From Squalus acanthias (Eukaryota): a stretch of DNA of 64,000 bases. Positions 1 to 14,920 of the stretch are shown here, one piece after another (position 1 is the first letter of the stretch; every line of letters begins with the position of its first letter). A program made the position numbers and the translations under genes. The stretch covers positions 150,662,001 through 150,726,000 of the forward strand of contig CM059431.1 of assembly GCA_030390025.1 (NCBI GenBank), read 5' to 3'. The notes under the pieces are model-generated. The model saw only the letters and a program-made list of their open reading frames with translations, had not been told where the DNA came from and made no database searches.

Positions 1-134
1 AGACTAAGAAATAACTTAACAGAATAGGCTTTAAACTTAAATAAAAACTATCATCCACTACTCTCCAATCAGCTGCTTCCCTTGTGCCGACGTCACTTTT
101 AATCTGTGACGTCACTTTCGAATGTTGCCTGTTG

Positions 135-436
135 GGGGCCGCTCTCGCTGCTGCCGCTGCCGGTGAGACTGGGCTCGCTCTCCCTCCCGCCCCTCATACA
201 CCCCGCTGTCGCTCAGGCTCCTCCCAGAGCCGCTCTCGCTGCTGCCGCTGCCGGTGAGTCTGGGCTCGCTCTCTCTCCCGCTCCTTATACACCCCGCTGT
301 CGCTCAGGCTCCTCCCAGAGCCGCTCTCGCTTCTGCCGCTGCCGATGAGTCTGGGCCTCGCTCTCCCACCCGCTCCGAAGACACCCCGCTGTCGCTCAGG
401 CTCCTCCCAGGGCCGCTCTCGCTGCTGCCGCTGCCG
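135..436. repeat. GC-rich ~92-bp tandem repeat (about 3.3 copies), possibly the 5' UTR of a minus-strand CR1 LINE
   Basis: Unit beginning GCCGCTCTCGCTGCTGCCGCTGCCGGTGAG...GCTCAGGCTCCTCCCAG recurs at ~137, ~230, ~321 and partially ~412. GACGTCA/TGACGTCA motifs lie just upstream at ~89-114. The LINE 5' UTR assignment is inference. Confidence 0.7.
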
Positions 437-677
437 CTATCAAGATTTCATTAGTATGCACTCACGTCGATGTCTCGACAATTTAGACAGTGGATAAATT
501 CCGGCAAATACGGCTTGGTCCTTTTTGCGTTGGATAATTAGTAAATGAGCTTATTAATTTATCACTTCTTCATTCCAAAGTAACAGTATTGGGAGATCCT
601 GTTCATTTGGACTTGTTTCTTTTTAAAGCTTCTTTTTATCGTTAAAAATCCTAAAATTGAACTTTGAATTTAGCGCT

Positions 678-1052
678 ACAACAACAAGTTGCATTTGTAT
701 AGCGCCTGTATTGTAGTTAACCTTTCCAATGAGCTTCACAGGAGCGTTATCAAACACAATTTGATAACGAGTTGCAAAAGGAGATATTTGGAGAGGAAGA
801 GATAGGTTTTAAGGAGCCTCTGAAGGGAAGAGAGAGAGGCCGAGAGCCTGCGAGGTTTAGGGAGGCAATTACAGAGCTTAGAGCCTCGGCAGCTGAAGGC
901 ACGGCCGCCAATTGTGGATTGATAAAACTTGCGGATGCGCAAGAGGTCAGAATTGGAGGAGTGCAGAGGCCTTGGAGGGTTTTAGGCTGGAGACGTTACA
1001 TAGATATGGAGGGGCGAGGCCATGGAGGGATTTGAACACAAGGATGAGAATT
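678..1052 (-). mobile_element. L2-type LINE 3' end fragment
   Basis: Starts with CAACAACAAGTTGCATTTGTATAGCGCC, the reverse complement of the L2/DeuSINE-type tail (GGCGCTATA.AAATGCAA-GTTGTTG), followed by degraded L2-like sequence. Confidence 0.55.
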
Positions 1053-1356
1053 AATTGTATCGTATCTTTTGATAAGTCATTTGTAATTAAATAATTTTTC
1101 CATTGTAGATATTTTCGTTTTGGTGAAAGGGCTAACCGATTGGAATTGTTTTCGGTGACAAGGCATCTAAGCTGTGGTTCACCACATCCTCGCTGTTAGC
1201 TGTCCAACAAAGTCCCAGACGACATTGATTTGAAGACAAAGTTCAGAGTTGCTGAAGAAGAGAACCGGAACGTGGGTTACACAAGCAAAGAAGGACACAA
1301 CCTAGCTCCGGCTGAACACAGAATACTGAAAGTATAAAAGACTGAACGAAAACAAA

Positions 1357-2139
1357 ATGAGGAACGTCATACACTTGCGTGTCCCGAAAAGGAAAATATT
1401 GCTTCTCATTGTTGTGTTTGTAGTTTGTTATTTTGTATCACTGCACATGGACGGACAGGCGGATATGTTCCCCACAACTTTGCAAAAATCTTCACGGAAA
1501 CCGAGACAGACGTGCAGAGAGATGCTTCATGATGTTCTTGATATCACCGAAAAAGATTCAAATTGCTTTGAAATAATCAGTAGCAACGAGGAAACCTTTC
1601 GAAGTTTGACCAATTTAACTGGAATCGGAAACAAAGACCCGCACTTAACGGAAATCGATTATGTAAATGTTTGCACAGATTGCGCTTCTTTCATCAAATC
1701 CCACAAATACATAACTTTCCCCATAACCAGCGAGGAACGCGATTTCCCCATTGCCTATATCATTCTGATCCATCATAAAATTCAGATGTTTGAGAGACTT
1801 TTAAGGACCATTTATGCGCCGCAGAATGTGTACTGTGTCCACGTGGACAGGAAGTCTCCACAACCATTTCATTCGGCAGTCGCAGCCGTCGTCTCCTGTT
1901 TTGATAATGTCTTTATCACCAGTAGATTGGAAAGCGTGGTATACGGATCATTTTCCAGGCTCCAGGCCGATATCAACTGCATGAGCGATCTGGTAAGAAG
2001 CACGAGCCCATGGAAATATCTCATCAATCTATGCGGACAGGATTTACCGATCAAAACTAATGCAGAAATAATCAAAGAACTCCTTTCTGTCAATGGTAGA
2101 AACATAATAGCATCTCATCCACCAACAGCATTGAAAAAG
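1357..2139 (+). CDS. GCNT3: Core-2/I-branching beta-1,6-N-acetylglucosaminyltransferase (GT14), GCNT3-like, coding exon 1
   Basis: N-terminal type II TM segment (ILLLIVVFVVCYFV); motifs EERDFPIAY, FERLLRTIYAPQNVYCVHVDRKS, SRLQADINCM, WKYLINLCGQDLPIKTN. Donor AAG|GTATAT at 2139/2140, phase 0. Paralogue identity (GCNT3 vs GCNT1/4) is from recalled similarity only. Confidence 0.88.
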
Positions 2140-2227
2140 GTATATTGTTACATCGGATGACAATTTATCTGTCTGTCTTCCTCTGTTGCGCTATTCAACA
2201 GTTTATCTCTCTCTCTCTCTACTTACA

Positions 2228-3010
2228 CATCCAATCACTCTTCCATTTAATCATCAATCTACCAATCTATTCATTCATTCTTCCATTCATTCATGTATTC
2301 ATTCATTCATTCATTTATTCACTCATTCATTCATTGATCCATTCACTCATTCATTCATCCATTCGTTCATTCATTCACTCATTCATTCATTCAACCATCC
2401 ATTCGATCATTCATCCATCCATTATGACATCCATTCATCCATCCATCATGTCATTCATTCATTCATCCATTCATTATTTCATTCATTCATTCATTATTTC
2501 ATTCATTCAATCATTCATTCATCCATCCATTCATTCATCCATTCATTCATTATTTCATTCATTCAATCATTCATTCATCCATCCATCCATTCATTCATCC
2601 AATCATTAATTAAATAATTAATTAATTAATTAATTAATTCATTCATTCATTCATCCATTCGATCATTCATCCATCCATTATGAAATTCATTCATCCATCC
2701 ATTATGTCATTCATTCATTCATCCATCCATTCAATCATTCATTTATTCATTCATTCATTAATTCGTTCATTCATTCATCCATCCATTCATTCATTCATTC
2801 ATTATTTCATTCATTCATTCATCCATTCATTCATTCATCCATCCATCCATCCATTCATTCATTCATTGATTGATTCATTCATTCATTCATCCATCCACCC
2901 ATCCAATCATTCATTCATTCATTCATTCATTCATCCAACTATTCATCCATCCATTCATCCATCCAGCCGTCCATCCATTCGTTGCTCCATTCATACATAC
3001 ATTCATCCAC
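2228..3010. repeat. Degenerate (CATT)n/(CATC)n microsatellite, intronic
   Basis: Directly visible tetranucleotide array with a short (TTAA)n run near 2605-2640. Confidence 0.95.
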
Positions 3011-4110
3011 GAATAGGAAATAGGAGCAGGAGCAGGCCATTTGACCCTTCGAGCCTGCTGCGCCATTCAATAAGATTATATATGATCTTCTGCCTCATCT
3101 CCACTTTCCTCAAATATCCCCATTTGCCTTGATTTCCTTAATATTCAAAAAGCTATTGATGTCTGTCTTGAATATATTCAACGACTGAGCCTCCACAGGC
3201 CTCTGGGGGTAGAGAATGCCAAAGATTCACCACACTCTGAGTGAAGAAATTTCTTCTGATCTCAGTCCTAAAAGCCCGATCCCTTATTCTGAGACTTTGA
3301 CCCCCGATTCTAGAATCCCCAGTCAGGCAAAACATCCTCCCAGCATCTACCCTGTCAAGCCCTGTAAGAATGCTGTATGTTTCAATGAAATCACCTCTCA
3401 TTCTTCTAAACTCTGGAGAATACAGGCCTAGTCTACTCAATCTCTCCTCATAGGACAGTCCCCCCATACCAGGAACCAGTCTTGTGAACCTTCGTTGCAC
3501 TCCCTCTATGGCAAGTATATCCTTCCTTAGGTAAGGAGACCAAAACTGTACACAATACTCCAGGTGTGGTCTCAACAGGGCCCTATATAATTGCAGTGAA
3601 ATGTCTTTACTCATATTCTCAAATTCTCATAATAAAGGCCAACATACCATTTGCTTTCCTAATTGGTTACTGTACCTGCATATGTTAACTTTCAGTGATT
3701 TGAGTGCAAGGACACCAAATCCCTCTGAACACCAACATTTCCTCATCACTCATCATTTAAAAAATACTCTGCTTTTCCATTTTTCCTACCGAAGTGTAGA
3801 ATTTCACATTTCTCCACATTATATTGCATTTTCCATGCTCTTGCCCAATCACTTAGCCTGTCTATATCCCATTGGAGCCTCCTTGCATCCTCCTCACAAC
3901 TTACAATCCCACCCAGCTTTGTATCCTCCGCAAACTAGGATATATTACATCTGGTCCTCTCATCCAAATCGTTGATATAGATTACGAATAGCTGAGGCCC
4001 AAGCACTGATCCTTGCTGTACCCCACTAGTTACAGCCTGCCAACCCGAAAATGACCCGTATTTCCTACTCTCTGTTTTCTTTCCGGAAAACAAATTCTGA
4101 ATCCATGCTC
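3011..4110 (-). mobile_element. CR1 LINE 3' fragment (RT C-terminus and 3' UTR) inside the GCNT intron
   Basis: Minus-strand ORFs with [14 protein letters not shown] and RPHLEYCVQFWSPY...RRNFFTQ; frameshifted. Confidence 0.92.
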
Positions 4111-4119
4111 GTATAGACA

Positions 4120-5010
<891 letters not shown>

Positions 5011-5301
5011 CACCCACATATAATAATTAATATAATTATGCGTTAATGGCGAGTGGAGTTTCACAACATAAACCGATTTATTTTCCCACATAATAAGCAA
5101 TGGTTCCTGGTTGGGCTCGTTTGTCCTTACTTCTTACTCCGAAGTATTCATTCAAATCAGCATAAATAGACGTTTCCCGTTCGCCCTGCGTGGAGACAAG
5201 ATGCGAATTCATTGAAACGGTTCTGTTGCAGGCACATTTACTGTGAGTTTTAACAGCGAATGATTGGTGCTCATAATCCTTCCTCTTTGTGTCACTTTCA
5301 G

Positions 5302-5895
5302 AAACGGTGGCAGTACCGATATCGGGTTGGCAGCGTTGTATGGCGGACTGGTCACTTGAAAGAGCAGCTAACAAATATCACGGTTTTCGCGGGAAACGCG
5401 TATTATGCGGTTACTAGGGAATTTGTTAAACACGTGTTGAGGAGCCCCGAAATCCAACAGTTCTTAAAGTGGTCTGAAGACACCTACAGTCCCGATGAAC
5501 ACTTTTGGGCCACTATACACAGAATGCCTGGCGTTCCCGGCTCTAGCCAATTTAGTGGTCCATCCGTTCCACCAAATGTCCCTGTCGTCCCGCGGTTGAT
5601 AAAATGGCAGGTCCTGGAACGTGTGGGGAAGGAGGGAGGCAGCTACTCGCCCTGCGCAGGTATTCACCGCCACGGTATCTGTGTCTACGGCGCTGGAGAC
5701 TTGCACTGGATCCTGCAGCATCAGCACCACCTGTTTGCCAACAAGTTCGACGCTGCAGTGGACAACACAGCAGTGAAATGCATTGAGGAATATCTCAGAG
5801 AAAAAGTCATTAACGGAAACAGTTTTCTGCCCTGTGAAGAAGAGGAAACGCGGCTGGATGATTCCACCAGTTGTTTTGAGTCAGCAACGGGATGA
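5302..5895 (+). CDS. GCNT3: GCNT3-like coding exon 2 (spliced product ~458 aa)
   Basis: Pyrimidine tract plus TTTCAG acceptor ending 5301, in frame with exon 1 (..PPTALKK|KRWQYRY..). Motifs FAGNAY, catalytic YSPDEHFWAT, ICVYGAGDL, FANKFD; stop TGA at 5893-5895. Confidence 0.88.
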   Translation, partial: KRWQYRYRVGSVVWRTGHLKEQLTNITVFAGNAYYAVTREFVKHVLRSPEIQQFLKWSEDTYSPDEHFWATIHRMPGVPGSSQFSGPSVPPNVPVVPRLIKWQVLERVGKEGGSYSPCAGIHRHGICVYGAGDLHWILQHQHHLFANKFDAAVDNTAVKCIEEYLREKVINGNSFLPCEEEETRLDDSTSCFESATG

Positions 5896-6842
5896 AACAA
5901 GCCGGCACGCTTCCCCACGTTCGCTGCCTCAAGCGAAATGCTAACAGCTCTCTGAATGAACGATTGCCTGTTTTGAGAGAAATGGGCGTTGGAGTAATTA
6001 TCGCTTTGTTTACGAAATCGCTGACACAAGGGGACTAGAGAACAAACTTCTGGATTTTTTTGCGAAAGCTTTTCGTTTCTTCGTATGTCCAATGATACAG
6101 CAATCGCCGTCTAAAATAATTCATATGAACAGCTCTCGGCCATTCCGCCTATGGAGCCTGCTCCGCCATTGAATTAGATCATGGCTGATCTGTACCTTTG
6201 CTCCATTTATCCACTTCAGCTCCAAAGCTCTTGAAAGCATTACCTAACAAAAATCTATCTCAGTCTTCAAAGCTCCATTTCGCCGAGCAGCCACAGCATT
6301 TTGGAGCAGAGAATTCGAGGTTTCTACTGACATTGTTTTTCAAAAGCTTTCTTCCTAATTTCCTTCTTAAATGGCCTACCTTTTGGGCCAGAATTTACTG
6401 TAGCCGGCGGAGGAAGGAGACTTGCCCATGCCCATTTAATTTCCATGAGCTTTTGCACTGCTAGTTGCTGTAAGTGTGAGTTGCACATGATGTGGAGCCC
6501 ACTACAAGGCATCTGGGGCCTGTGTTAACAGGGCAAGCAACTGTGTATCACCTTAACCAATCAGATTGACGTATGGTTAATGAACAGCGCAGTCCGAACC
6601 AGGATGTATACGTCAGTGTAATAAATTCAATGTCAAATCAGGTACAGAAAGCAAAAAAAAGGGAAGGAAATAAAGACTGGCTGAAGAGAAAGAGAACAAT
6701 AGATGGAAAGAAAACGTAAAAGTAGAACTCCAACAATTAAAGTCTGAAGGAATGAGACTCCACAATTGTAAAAGTTAATTTTCAGAGCTAGAGAGATTAT
6801 TTGGCAGTAATTAAGACTTACCATGCCGTTAAAACGCGTACT

Positions 6843-7283
6843 TAGACGACATTGAGTAGATTGGGCCTATACTCTCTGGAGTTTAGAAGAATGAGAGGTG
6901 ATCTCATTGAAACATATAAGATTCTTAGGGGGTTTGATAGGGTAGATGCTGAGAGGGTGCTCCCCTTGGCTGAAGACTCTAGAACGAGGAAGCATAGTCT
7001 CTGAATAAGGGGTCGTCCATTTAAGACTGAGAAGAAGAGGAATTTCTTCACTCAGAGGGTTTTAAATCTTCTGATTTCTCTACCCCAAAGTGCTGTGCAT
7101 GCTGAGTCATTGAGTATATTCAAGGCTGAGATCGTTAGATTTTTGGGTTATAGAGGAATCAAGGGATGGGGACCGGGTGAGAAAGTGGAGGTCCAAGATC
7201 AGCCATGAATGTATTGAATGGCGGAGCAGGATCGAGGGGCCGTATGGCCTACTCCTGCTCCTATTTCTTATGTTCTTATGTTC
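6843..7283 (+). mobile_element. CR1 LINE 3' end
   Basis: Encodes RLGLYSLEFRRMRGDLIETYK-like sequence and ends in a CTTATGTT-type tail at ~7265-7283. Confidence 0.88.
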
Positions 7284-7559
7284 TAAAATGGAAAAGCCCT
7301 AAATTTCTGCTGCGAATTTATTTCATATCTACCATGCAAGTACAGGAACTTCACACAGTTCAATACATTGGAATAGTGAATCAGAAAGCGATGTGCCGTT
7401 TTCACGAAGCTAACGACAGGGGCTCGCATTTCAGACAGCAACTTCCGGATTTTCGCGTTAACCACGCATCTGCCTTCGCCTGAAGTTGCTGTAGGACTTG
7501 CGCACAAATAATGGCAAACGCCGTTATCCTCGCCGTTATGTTGACAGTGAAATCTGTCC

Positions 7560-9630
7560 TTTTATGTCCCCTCGTTCTTGATTTGTCAACAGAAGGAATA
7601 GTTTCTCTGCATCTACCCTATCTTATCCTCTTGACATTTTATGCACCTCGAACAGCTCACTCCTCAATCGCCTATACTCAAGGGAGCGTTTACACAACGT
7701 GTTATGAGAACTTACCCATCGAAGCAGCGGCATCATTTTGGTGAATCTGCACTGCATCCCCTCCAAAGCCAATATATCCTGCCTGAGATCTTTTGCCCAA
7801 AACTGAACGCAGTACTCGAGAAGGAGTTCAATCAAGGCTTATACAACTGATGCATAACTTCCAACCATTTGTATTACAGACACCTAGAGATAAAGGCCAA
7901 CACTACAATAGCCTTTTAAATTATTTTTGCACCACTCCACTAGCTTTACTGATTTCTGCACTTTGATCCATAAATCTCTCTCCTCCTCCACAGACCATAG
8001 TTTCTCATCATTTATAAAGTAGTCTGGTCTATCTTTCTTAGCCACAAAGTAGATGACGACACACTTCCGCACATTGATCTCCATCTGCCACAGTATTACC
8101 CACTCACTTAATCTATCAATGCCTCTTCGCAACTTTCTGCTTCCATCTACATTACTTACTGCGCCAGCTAACTTGGTGTTGTCAACAAACTTTGACACAT
8201 GGATGTCTAGTTCTTCAGCTAAGTCATTTATAAATATAGTGAACATCTGAGACCAAAGTACAGGAACCTGAGGGACATCTCTACTCACTTGCTGCCAATT
8301 GGAGTATTTACCAATAATCCCTACGTTTCCTATTTCCCAAACGATTCCCTATCCATTTCAATAGCTTCTATCCAATTTCATTGTGTCTAATTTTTGTTTA
8401 CAGTCTCTTAAGTGGAACCTTATCGAATGCCTTCTGGAAATCCATATAAATAAATTCCACAGACACTCCCGTATCTACCACGTTAATTGCCTCCTCCAAA
8501 AAATCAACCAGTTTATTTGGACATGACTAAAGCTTTACAAATCCATGCTGGCTCTCTCTGATCAGTTCACGCTAGTCCAAGTGCTCAGTCACTCTGTCCC
8601 TAATAATAGATTCTAGTAACTTCCCCACAACAAACGTTAGACTAATATGGCTAAAATTTCCCAGTTTATCTCTATAACCCATCATAAATAGTGGGCTGAC
8701 ATTGGCAATTTTCCAATGCAAGGGGACAATTCCTGAATCCAGAGAGTTTGAAAAGATCATGACTAGAGCATCTACAATTTCATCACCTGTTCCTTTTAAT
8801 ACCCGGGACTGGAAACCATCAGCTCCTGGAGACTTGTCCATCTTTATGCTCATTATTGTCTCCATTATCATTTTCAAAACTTATATTAAATTTAGAAAGT
8901 TGCTCTCCTTGATTTAGTTTTCCTTTTCCTTGTATCTCTGGTACTTTATCCTCATCCACTGCTGTGAAGATCGATAAAAGGTGAGTATTTAACAAATCTG
9001 CTATTTCTGCTTTTCAATTACAATATCATATGTATCTGTTTTAAGAGTCTCACATTAATCTTGGCCACCCTTTTACTCTTAATTCACTTGTAAAAAAAAC
9101 TTTAGATTTGTCCTTGCTTCACCTCGCAAGTTTATCCTTTTATTCCCTATTAGAAGCTCGGATGACTTTCTTTGCATCCCTTTGCTGTTCTTTATATCTC
9201 CCCTAGCCCTCGAGATATTCACTGTTCTTTGCGTTAATATAAGCCCTTTTGTTTTATTTCAGACTATCCATCACGTCTCTTGTTGACCAAGGTTCTTTAT
9301 GTAAACAAGTAGCGCTCTTGCCCTATAAAGGTATGCACAGGTGTAGTGTTCTATCAAATATGTAGTTGAAAACCTCTCACCATTCATCTGTAGTTTTAGC
9401 CATGACTAGTTCAGAGATGTTTATTTTGGTCAATTTTTGCCTCACCCCTCTAACGTTCATTTCACCTAAATTTAGAACCTTGGTTCGTGACTCATCTTTC
9501 TCCCTCTCATGACTAATAATGTTATGGTCACAGTTAGCTAGGTGTTCCTTACCGTTATCTTATTGGAAGATTCGGGGCCCATTACTCATCACTAAATCTA
9601 GTAAGACCTGATTTCTTGTTGGGTCAAATA
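7560..9630 (-). mobile_element. Degraded CR1 ORF2 (endonuclease end, linker and RT)
   Basis: Minus ORFs with DKSPGADG, WKIANVSPLF, KFVDNTKL and LEYCVQFW; many stops and frameshifts. Confidence 0.88.
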
Positions 9631-9769
9631 CATAAGTTACAAAAAGATTGAGGTACAGATTAGCCATTGAATGGCGAAGCAGGCGCCAGAGGATGTATCC
9701 CTCTTCTTAATGTTCCTGTTTTCCTGTGAAATTGGATATTGTAGCGTGACATAATGGGTGTGTTACAAG

Positions 9770-11677
9770 AACGAGGCCCCTTGGGGAGGAGCGATCATAA
9801 TATGATAGAGTTCTTCATTAAGATGGAGAGTGAATTAGTTGACTCAGAGACTAGGGTCCTGAATTTAAATAAAGGAAACTACGATGGTATGAAGCGCGAA
9901 TTGGCGAGGATGGATTAGGGAACGTTACTTAAAAGGTTGACGGTGGATAGGCAATGGCAAACATTTAAAGATCGCATGAATGAACTACAGAATTTGTTCA
10001 TCCCAGATCGGCATTAAAAAAAAGGTGACTCAAGCGTGGCTAACAAGGGAAATTAGGGATAGCATAAGAGCCAAGGAGAGGACATATAAATTGGCCAGAA
10101 AAAGCAGCAAACCTGAGGATTGGGAGCAGTTTAGGATTCAGCAAAGGAGAACAAAGGGATTAATTAAGAGGGGGAGAATAGAGTATGAGAGTAAGCTTGC
10201 TGGGAACATAAAAACTGACTGTAAAAGCTTCTATAGATATGTAAAGCTAAAAAGATTAGTGAAGTCAAGCGTAGGTCCCTTGCAGTCAGAATCAGTGGAA
10301 TTTATAATGGGGAACAAAGAAATGGCGGACCAATTAAATACATACTTTGGTTCTGTCTTCACAAAGGAGGACACAAATAACCTCCCAGAGATGTCAGGGA
10401 ATATAGGGTCTAATGAGAGGGAACAACTGAATTAAATCAGTATTTGGAGGGAAATGGTGTTCGGGAAATTGACAAGATTGAAGGCCGATAAATCACCAGG
10501 GCCTGATAATCTACATCCTAGGGTACTTAAGGAAGTGGCCCTAGAAATAGTAAATGCATTGCTGATCATCTTCCAAAATTCTATAGAGTCTGGAACATTT
10601 TCCATGGATTGGAGGGTAGCTAATGTAACCCCACTATTTAAAAAAGGTGGGAGTGAAAACGGGGAATTATAGACTGGTAAGTCTGACATCGATAGTGGGG
10701 AAAATGCATGAGTCCATTATAAAAGATGTAATAGCAGAGCACTTGGAAAACAATGACAGGATTGGACAAAGCCAACATGGATTTACAAAAGGTAAATCAT
10801 GCTTGACTAATCCACTGGAATGTTTTGAGGATGTAACTGATAGAATAGTGAAGGGACACCAGTGGATGGGGTGTATTTGGACTTTCAGAAGGCTTTCGAT
10901 AAGGTCCCGAATAAGAGATTAGCGTGCAGTTAAAGCACATGGGATTGGGGGTAAGGTATTGACTTGGATAAGAACTCGTTGGCAGACAGGAAGCAAAGAG
11001 TTGGAATAAACGGGTCTTTTTCCGAGTGGCAGGCAGTGACTAGTGGGGTACCGCAGGGATCGGTGCCCGGACCCAGTTATTCACAATATATATTAATGAT
11101 CTAGATGAGGAAACTAGATGTAATATCTCCAAGTTTGCAGACGACACAAAGCTGGGTGGGCGTGTGTGTTGTGAGGAGGATGCAGAGAAACTCCAGTATG
11201 ATTTGGACAAGTTGGGTGATTGGGCAGATGCATGGCAGATGCAGTATAATGAGAATAAATGCGAGGTTATCCACTTTCGTGGCAAAAACAGGAAGGCAGA
11301 TTATTATCTGAACGGCAATAGATTGGGAAAAGGGGACGTGTAACGAGACCTGGGAAATCCTTGTGCACCAGTCGTTGAAAGTAAGCATGCAGGTACAGCA
11401 GGCGGTTAAGAAGGCAAATGGTATGTTGGCCTTCATAGCGAGAGGATTCGAGTACAGGAGCAAGGATGTCTTGCCGCAGTTGTACAGGGCCTTATTGAGA
11501 CCACATCTTGAGTATTGTGTGCAGTTTTGGTCGCCTTATCTGAGGAAGGATATTCTTGCCATGGAGGGTGTGCAGCGAAGATTCACCAGACTGATACCTG
11601 GGATGGCAGGAATGACGTATGAAGAGAGATTGGGACGATTGAGCTTGTATTCGCTAGAGTTTAGAAGAATGATAGGG
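9770..11677 (+). mobile_element. CR1 LINE 'A', 5' part (ORF2 from endonuclease end through RT), interrupted by CR1 'B'
   Basis: DKSPGPDNLHP, SQHGFTKGKSCLTN, FADD and LEYCVQFW motifs; breaks off at ..FRRMIG (~11677) and resumes at ~20021. Confidence 0.9.
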
Positions 11678-14600
11678 GACGTCGTGGATAGCACGTTTAG
11701 CAAGTTGGTCACACCACAGGTAAAGGGTGTACAGGCAGGAAGTGAATGGGTGACCACCAGGCAGAGTAAGGCATTCAGGCAGGCAGTGCAAGGGTCCCCT
11801 GTGGCCATTCCCCTCTCAAACAGATATATAACTTTGGGTACTGTTGGGGGGGATGAATTATCAGGGGAAGGCAGCAACAGAAAATTTCCTGGCAACATGG
11901 GTGGCTCTGCTGCACAGGCTGGGGGGAAAAAGTGTAGAAGAGCTACAGTGATAGGGGACTCAATTGTAAGGGGAATAGATAGGCGTTTCAGCAGCCGCAA
12001 ACGAGACTCCAGGATGGTGTATTGCCTCCCAGGTGCAAGGGTCAAGGACGTCTCGGAGCGGCTGCAGAACATTTTGGAGGGGTTGGGCGAACAGCCAGTT
12101 GTCGTGGTGCACATAGGCATCAACGTTATAGGTAAAAAACGGGATTAGGTCCTAAAAGCAGAATATAGGGAGTTAGGAGGTAAATTAAAAAATAGGAACT
12201 CAAAGGTTGTAATCTCTCAGGATTGCTGCCAGTGCCACGTGCTAGTCAGAGTAGAAATAGGAGGATATTTCAAATGAATACGTGGCTGGAGGAATGGTGC
12301 AAGGGGGAGGGATTCAAATTCCTTGGACATTGGAACCGGTTCTGGGGGAGGTGGGACCAGTACAAACTGGACTGTCTGCACCTGGGCAGGGCCGGGACCG
12401 ATGTCCTAGGGGGAGTGTTTGCTAGTGCTGTTGGTGGGGGGGGGAGTTAAACTAAAGTGGCAGTGGGTTGGGAACCTGAGCATGGAGACAGAGGAAAGGG
12501 AAACAAGGATAAAAGCAAAAGACAGGAGGGAGAAAAACAAAAGTAGAAGGCAAAGAACTCAACGGTTTCAATCAAACATGGTCACAGTAAATAATAATTC
12601 ATATTGGTCTGAGAGCATTAAAAAAACAAGCCTGAAGGCTTTGTGTCTTAATGCAAGGAGCATTCGGAACAAGGTGGATGAATTAGCTGCGCAAATATGG
12701 TAAAATAATACGATTTCATTGGGATTACAGAAACATGGCTCCAGGATGGCCAAGGCTGGGAACCCAACATCCAGGGGTATTCAATATTTAGGAAAGATAG
12801 GCAAAAAAGAAAGGGAGGTGGGGTAGCATTGCTGGTTAAAGAGGGGATTAACACAATTGAAAGGAAGGATATTAGCTCTGATGATGCAGAATCTGTATGG
12901 GTAGTACTGAGAAATATCAAGGGGCAGAAAACGTTAGTGGGAGTGGTATATAGACCTCCAAACAGTAATACGGAGGTTTGGGACGACATTAAAATGAAAA
13001 TTAGAGAAGCATGCAGTAAGGGCACAGCAGTCATCATGTGTGACTTTAATTTACATATAGATTGGGCTAACCAACTTAGTAAAAATACTGTGGAGGAGGA
13101 ATTCCTAGAATGTTTACGGGATGGTTTTCTTGAACAATATGTCGAGGAACCAAACAGAGATCAGGCCATCTTAGACTGGGTATTATGTAACGAGAAAGGT
13201 TTAATTAGCAATCTTGTTGTACGAGGCCCCTTGGGTCAGAGTGATCATAATATGATAGAATTCTTCATTCGGATGGAGAGTGAAGTAGTTGAATCAGAGA
13301 CCAGGGTCCTGAATTTAAATAAAGGAAACTTGGATGGTGTGAGGCGCGAATTGGGTAGGATTGATTGGGGAATGTCACTCAAAGGGTTGACGGTGGATAG
13401 GCAATGGCAAACATTCAAAGACTGCATGGATGAACTACAGAATGTTTTCATCCCAGTGTGGCATAAGGATAAAACAAAAAGGGTCACTCAACAGTGGCTA
13501 ACAAGGGAAATTATGGATATATTAAGATCCAGGAGAGGGCATATAAATTGGTCAGAAAAAGCGGTAACCCTGAGGATTGTGAGCAGTTTAGCATTCAACA
13601 AAGGAGGTCAAAGGGATTAATTAAGAAGGGGAAAATTCAATATGAAAGGAAGCTTGCTGGGAACATAAAAACTGACTGTAAGAGCTTTTATACATATGTG
13701 AAGAGAAAAAGATTAGCGAAATCAAGTGTAGGTCCCTTGCAGTCAGAAGCGGGGGAAGTTAGAATGGGGAACAAAGAAATGGCTGACAAATTAAATGCAT
13801 ATTTTGGTTCTCTCTTCACGAAGGAGGACACAAATAACCTCCCAGAGATGTTGGAGAACATAGCGTCTGATGAAAGGGAGGAACTAAAAGAAATCAGTAT
13901 TTGCAGGGAAATGGTGTTAGGGAAATTGACGAGTTTGAAGGCCGATAAATCCCCAGGGCCTGATAATCTACATCCTAGGGTACTTCTAGGAAGTGGCCCT
14001 AGAAATAGTAGATGCATTGCTGATCATCTTCCAACATTCGATGGAATCTGGAACTGTACCCACGGATTGGAGGGTAGCTAATGTTACCCCACTATTCAAA
14101 AAGGGTGGTAGAGAGAAAGCGGGGAATTACAGACTGGTAAGCCTAACATCGACAGTGGGGAAAATGCTAGAGTCCATTATAAAGGATTTAACAGCTGAGC
14201 ACTTGAAAAACAGTGACAGGATCGGACAAAGTCAACATGGATTTACAAAAGTTAAATCGTGCTGGACTAATCGACTGGAATTTTTTGAGAATGTAACTGG
14301 GAAAATAGATAAGGGTGAACCAGTAGATGTGGTGTATTTGGACTTTCAAAAGGCTTTCGATAAGGTGCCATATAAGAGATTAGCGTGTAAAGTTAAATCG
14401 CATGGGATTGCGGGCAAGGTATTGACTTGGATAGAGAACTGGTTGGCGAACAGAAAGCAGAGAGTAGGAATTAATGGGTCTTTTTCCGAGTGGCAGGCAA
14501 TGACTTGTTGGGTACCGCAGGGTTCGGTCCTTGGACCCCAGCTATTCACAATATACATTAATGATCTAGATAAGGGAACTAAATGTAATATCTCCAAGTT

Positions 14601-14920
14601 TGCAGACGACACAAAGCTGGGTGGGCTTGTGTGCTGCGAGAAGGATACTGCGAAACTCCGGGATGATTTGGACAGGTTGGGTGATTGGGCAGAAGCGTGG
14701 CAGATGCAATATAACGTGGATAAATGCGAGGTTATCCACTTTGGTGTCAAAAACAGAAAGGCAAACTATTATCTGAATGGCAATAGAGTGGGAGAAGGGG
14801 AAGTGCAACGAGACCTAGGTGTCCTTGTGCACCAGTCGCTGAAGGTAACCATGCAGGTGCAGCAGGCGGTGAAGAAGGCAATGGTATGTTGACCTTCATA
14901 GCGAAAGGGTTTGAGTATAG
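11678..14920 (+). mobile_element. CR1 LINE 'B', 5' part: ORF1 SGNH/GDSL esterase domain, then ORF2 AP endonuclease and RT (decayed)
   Basis: ORF1 motifs VIGDSIVR, CLPGARVKDV, VVHIGIN, DCLHL. APE motifs LNARSIRNK, VYRPPN, DFN, SDH. RT motifs LDFQKAFDKV, PQGSVLGP, FADD. Confidence 0.92.

Noticed and set aside
106..454. Pro/Ala/Leu-rich ORFs at the window start
   Set aside because: They arise from a GC-rich ~92-bp tandem repeat with no domain signal.
1357..2160. Stand-alone truncated 267-aa glycosyltransferase or pseudogene
   Set aside because: An in-phase splice donor/acceptor pair joins it to 5302-5895, giving a full-length enzyme.
11363..12148. 261-aa ORF fusing an RT C-terminus to an SGNH esterase as a novel protein
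   Set aside because: Chance in-frame junction between CR1-A and the inserted CR1-B; the esterase is truncated by a stop at 12146-12148.
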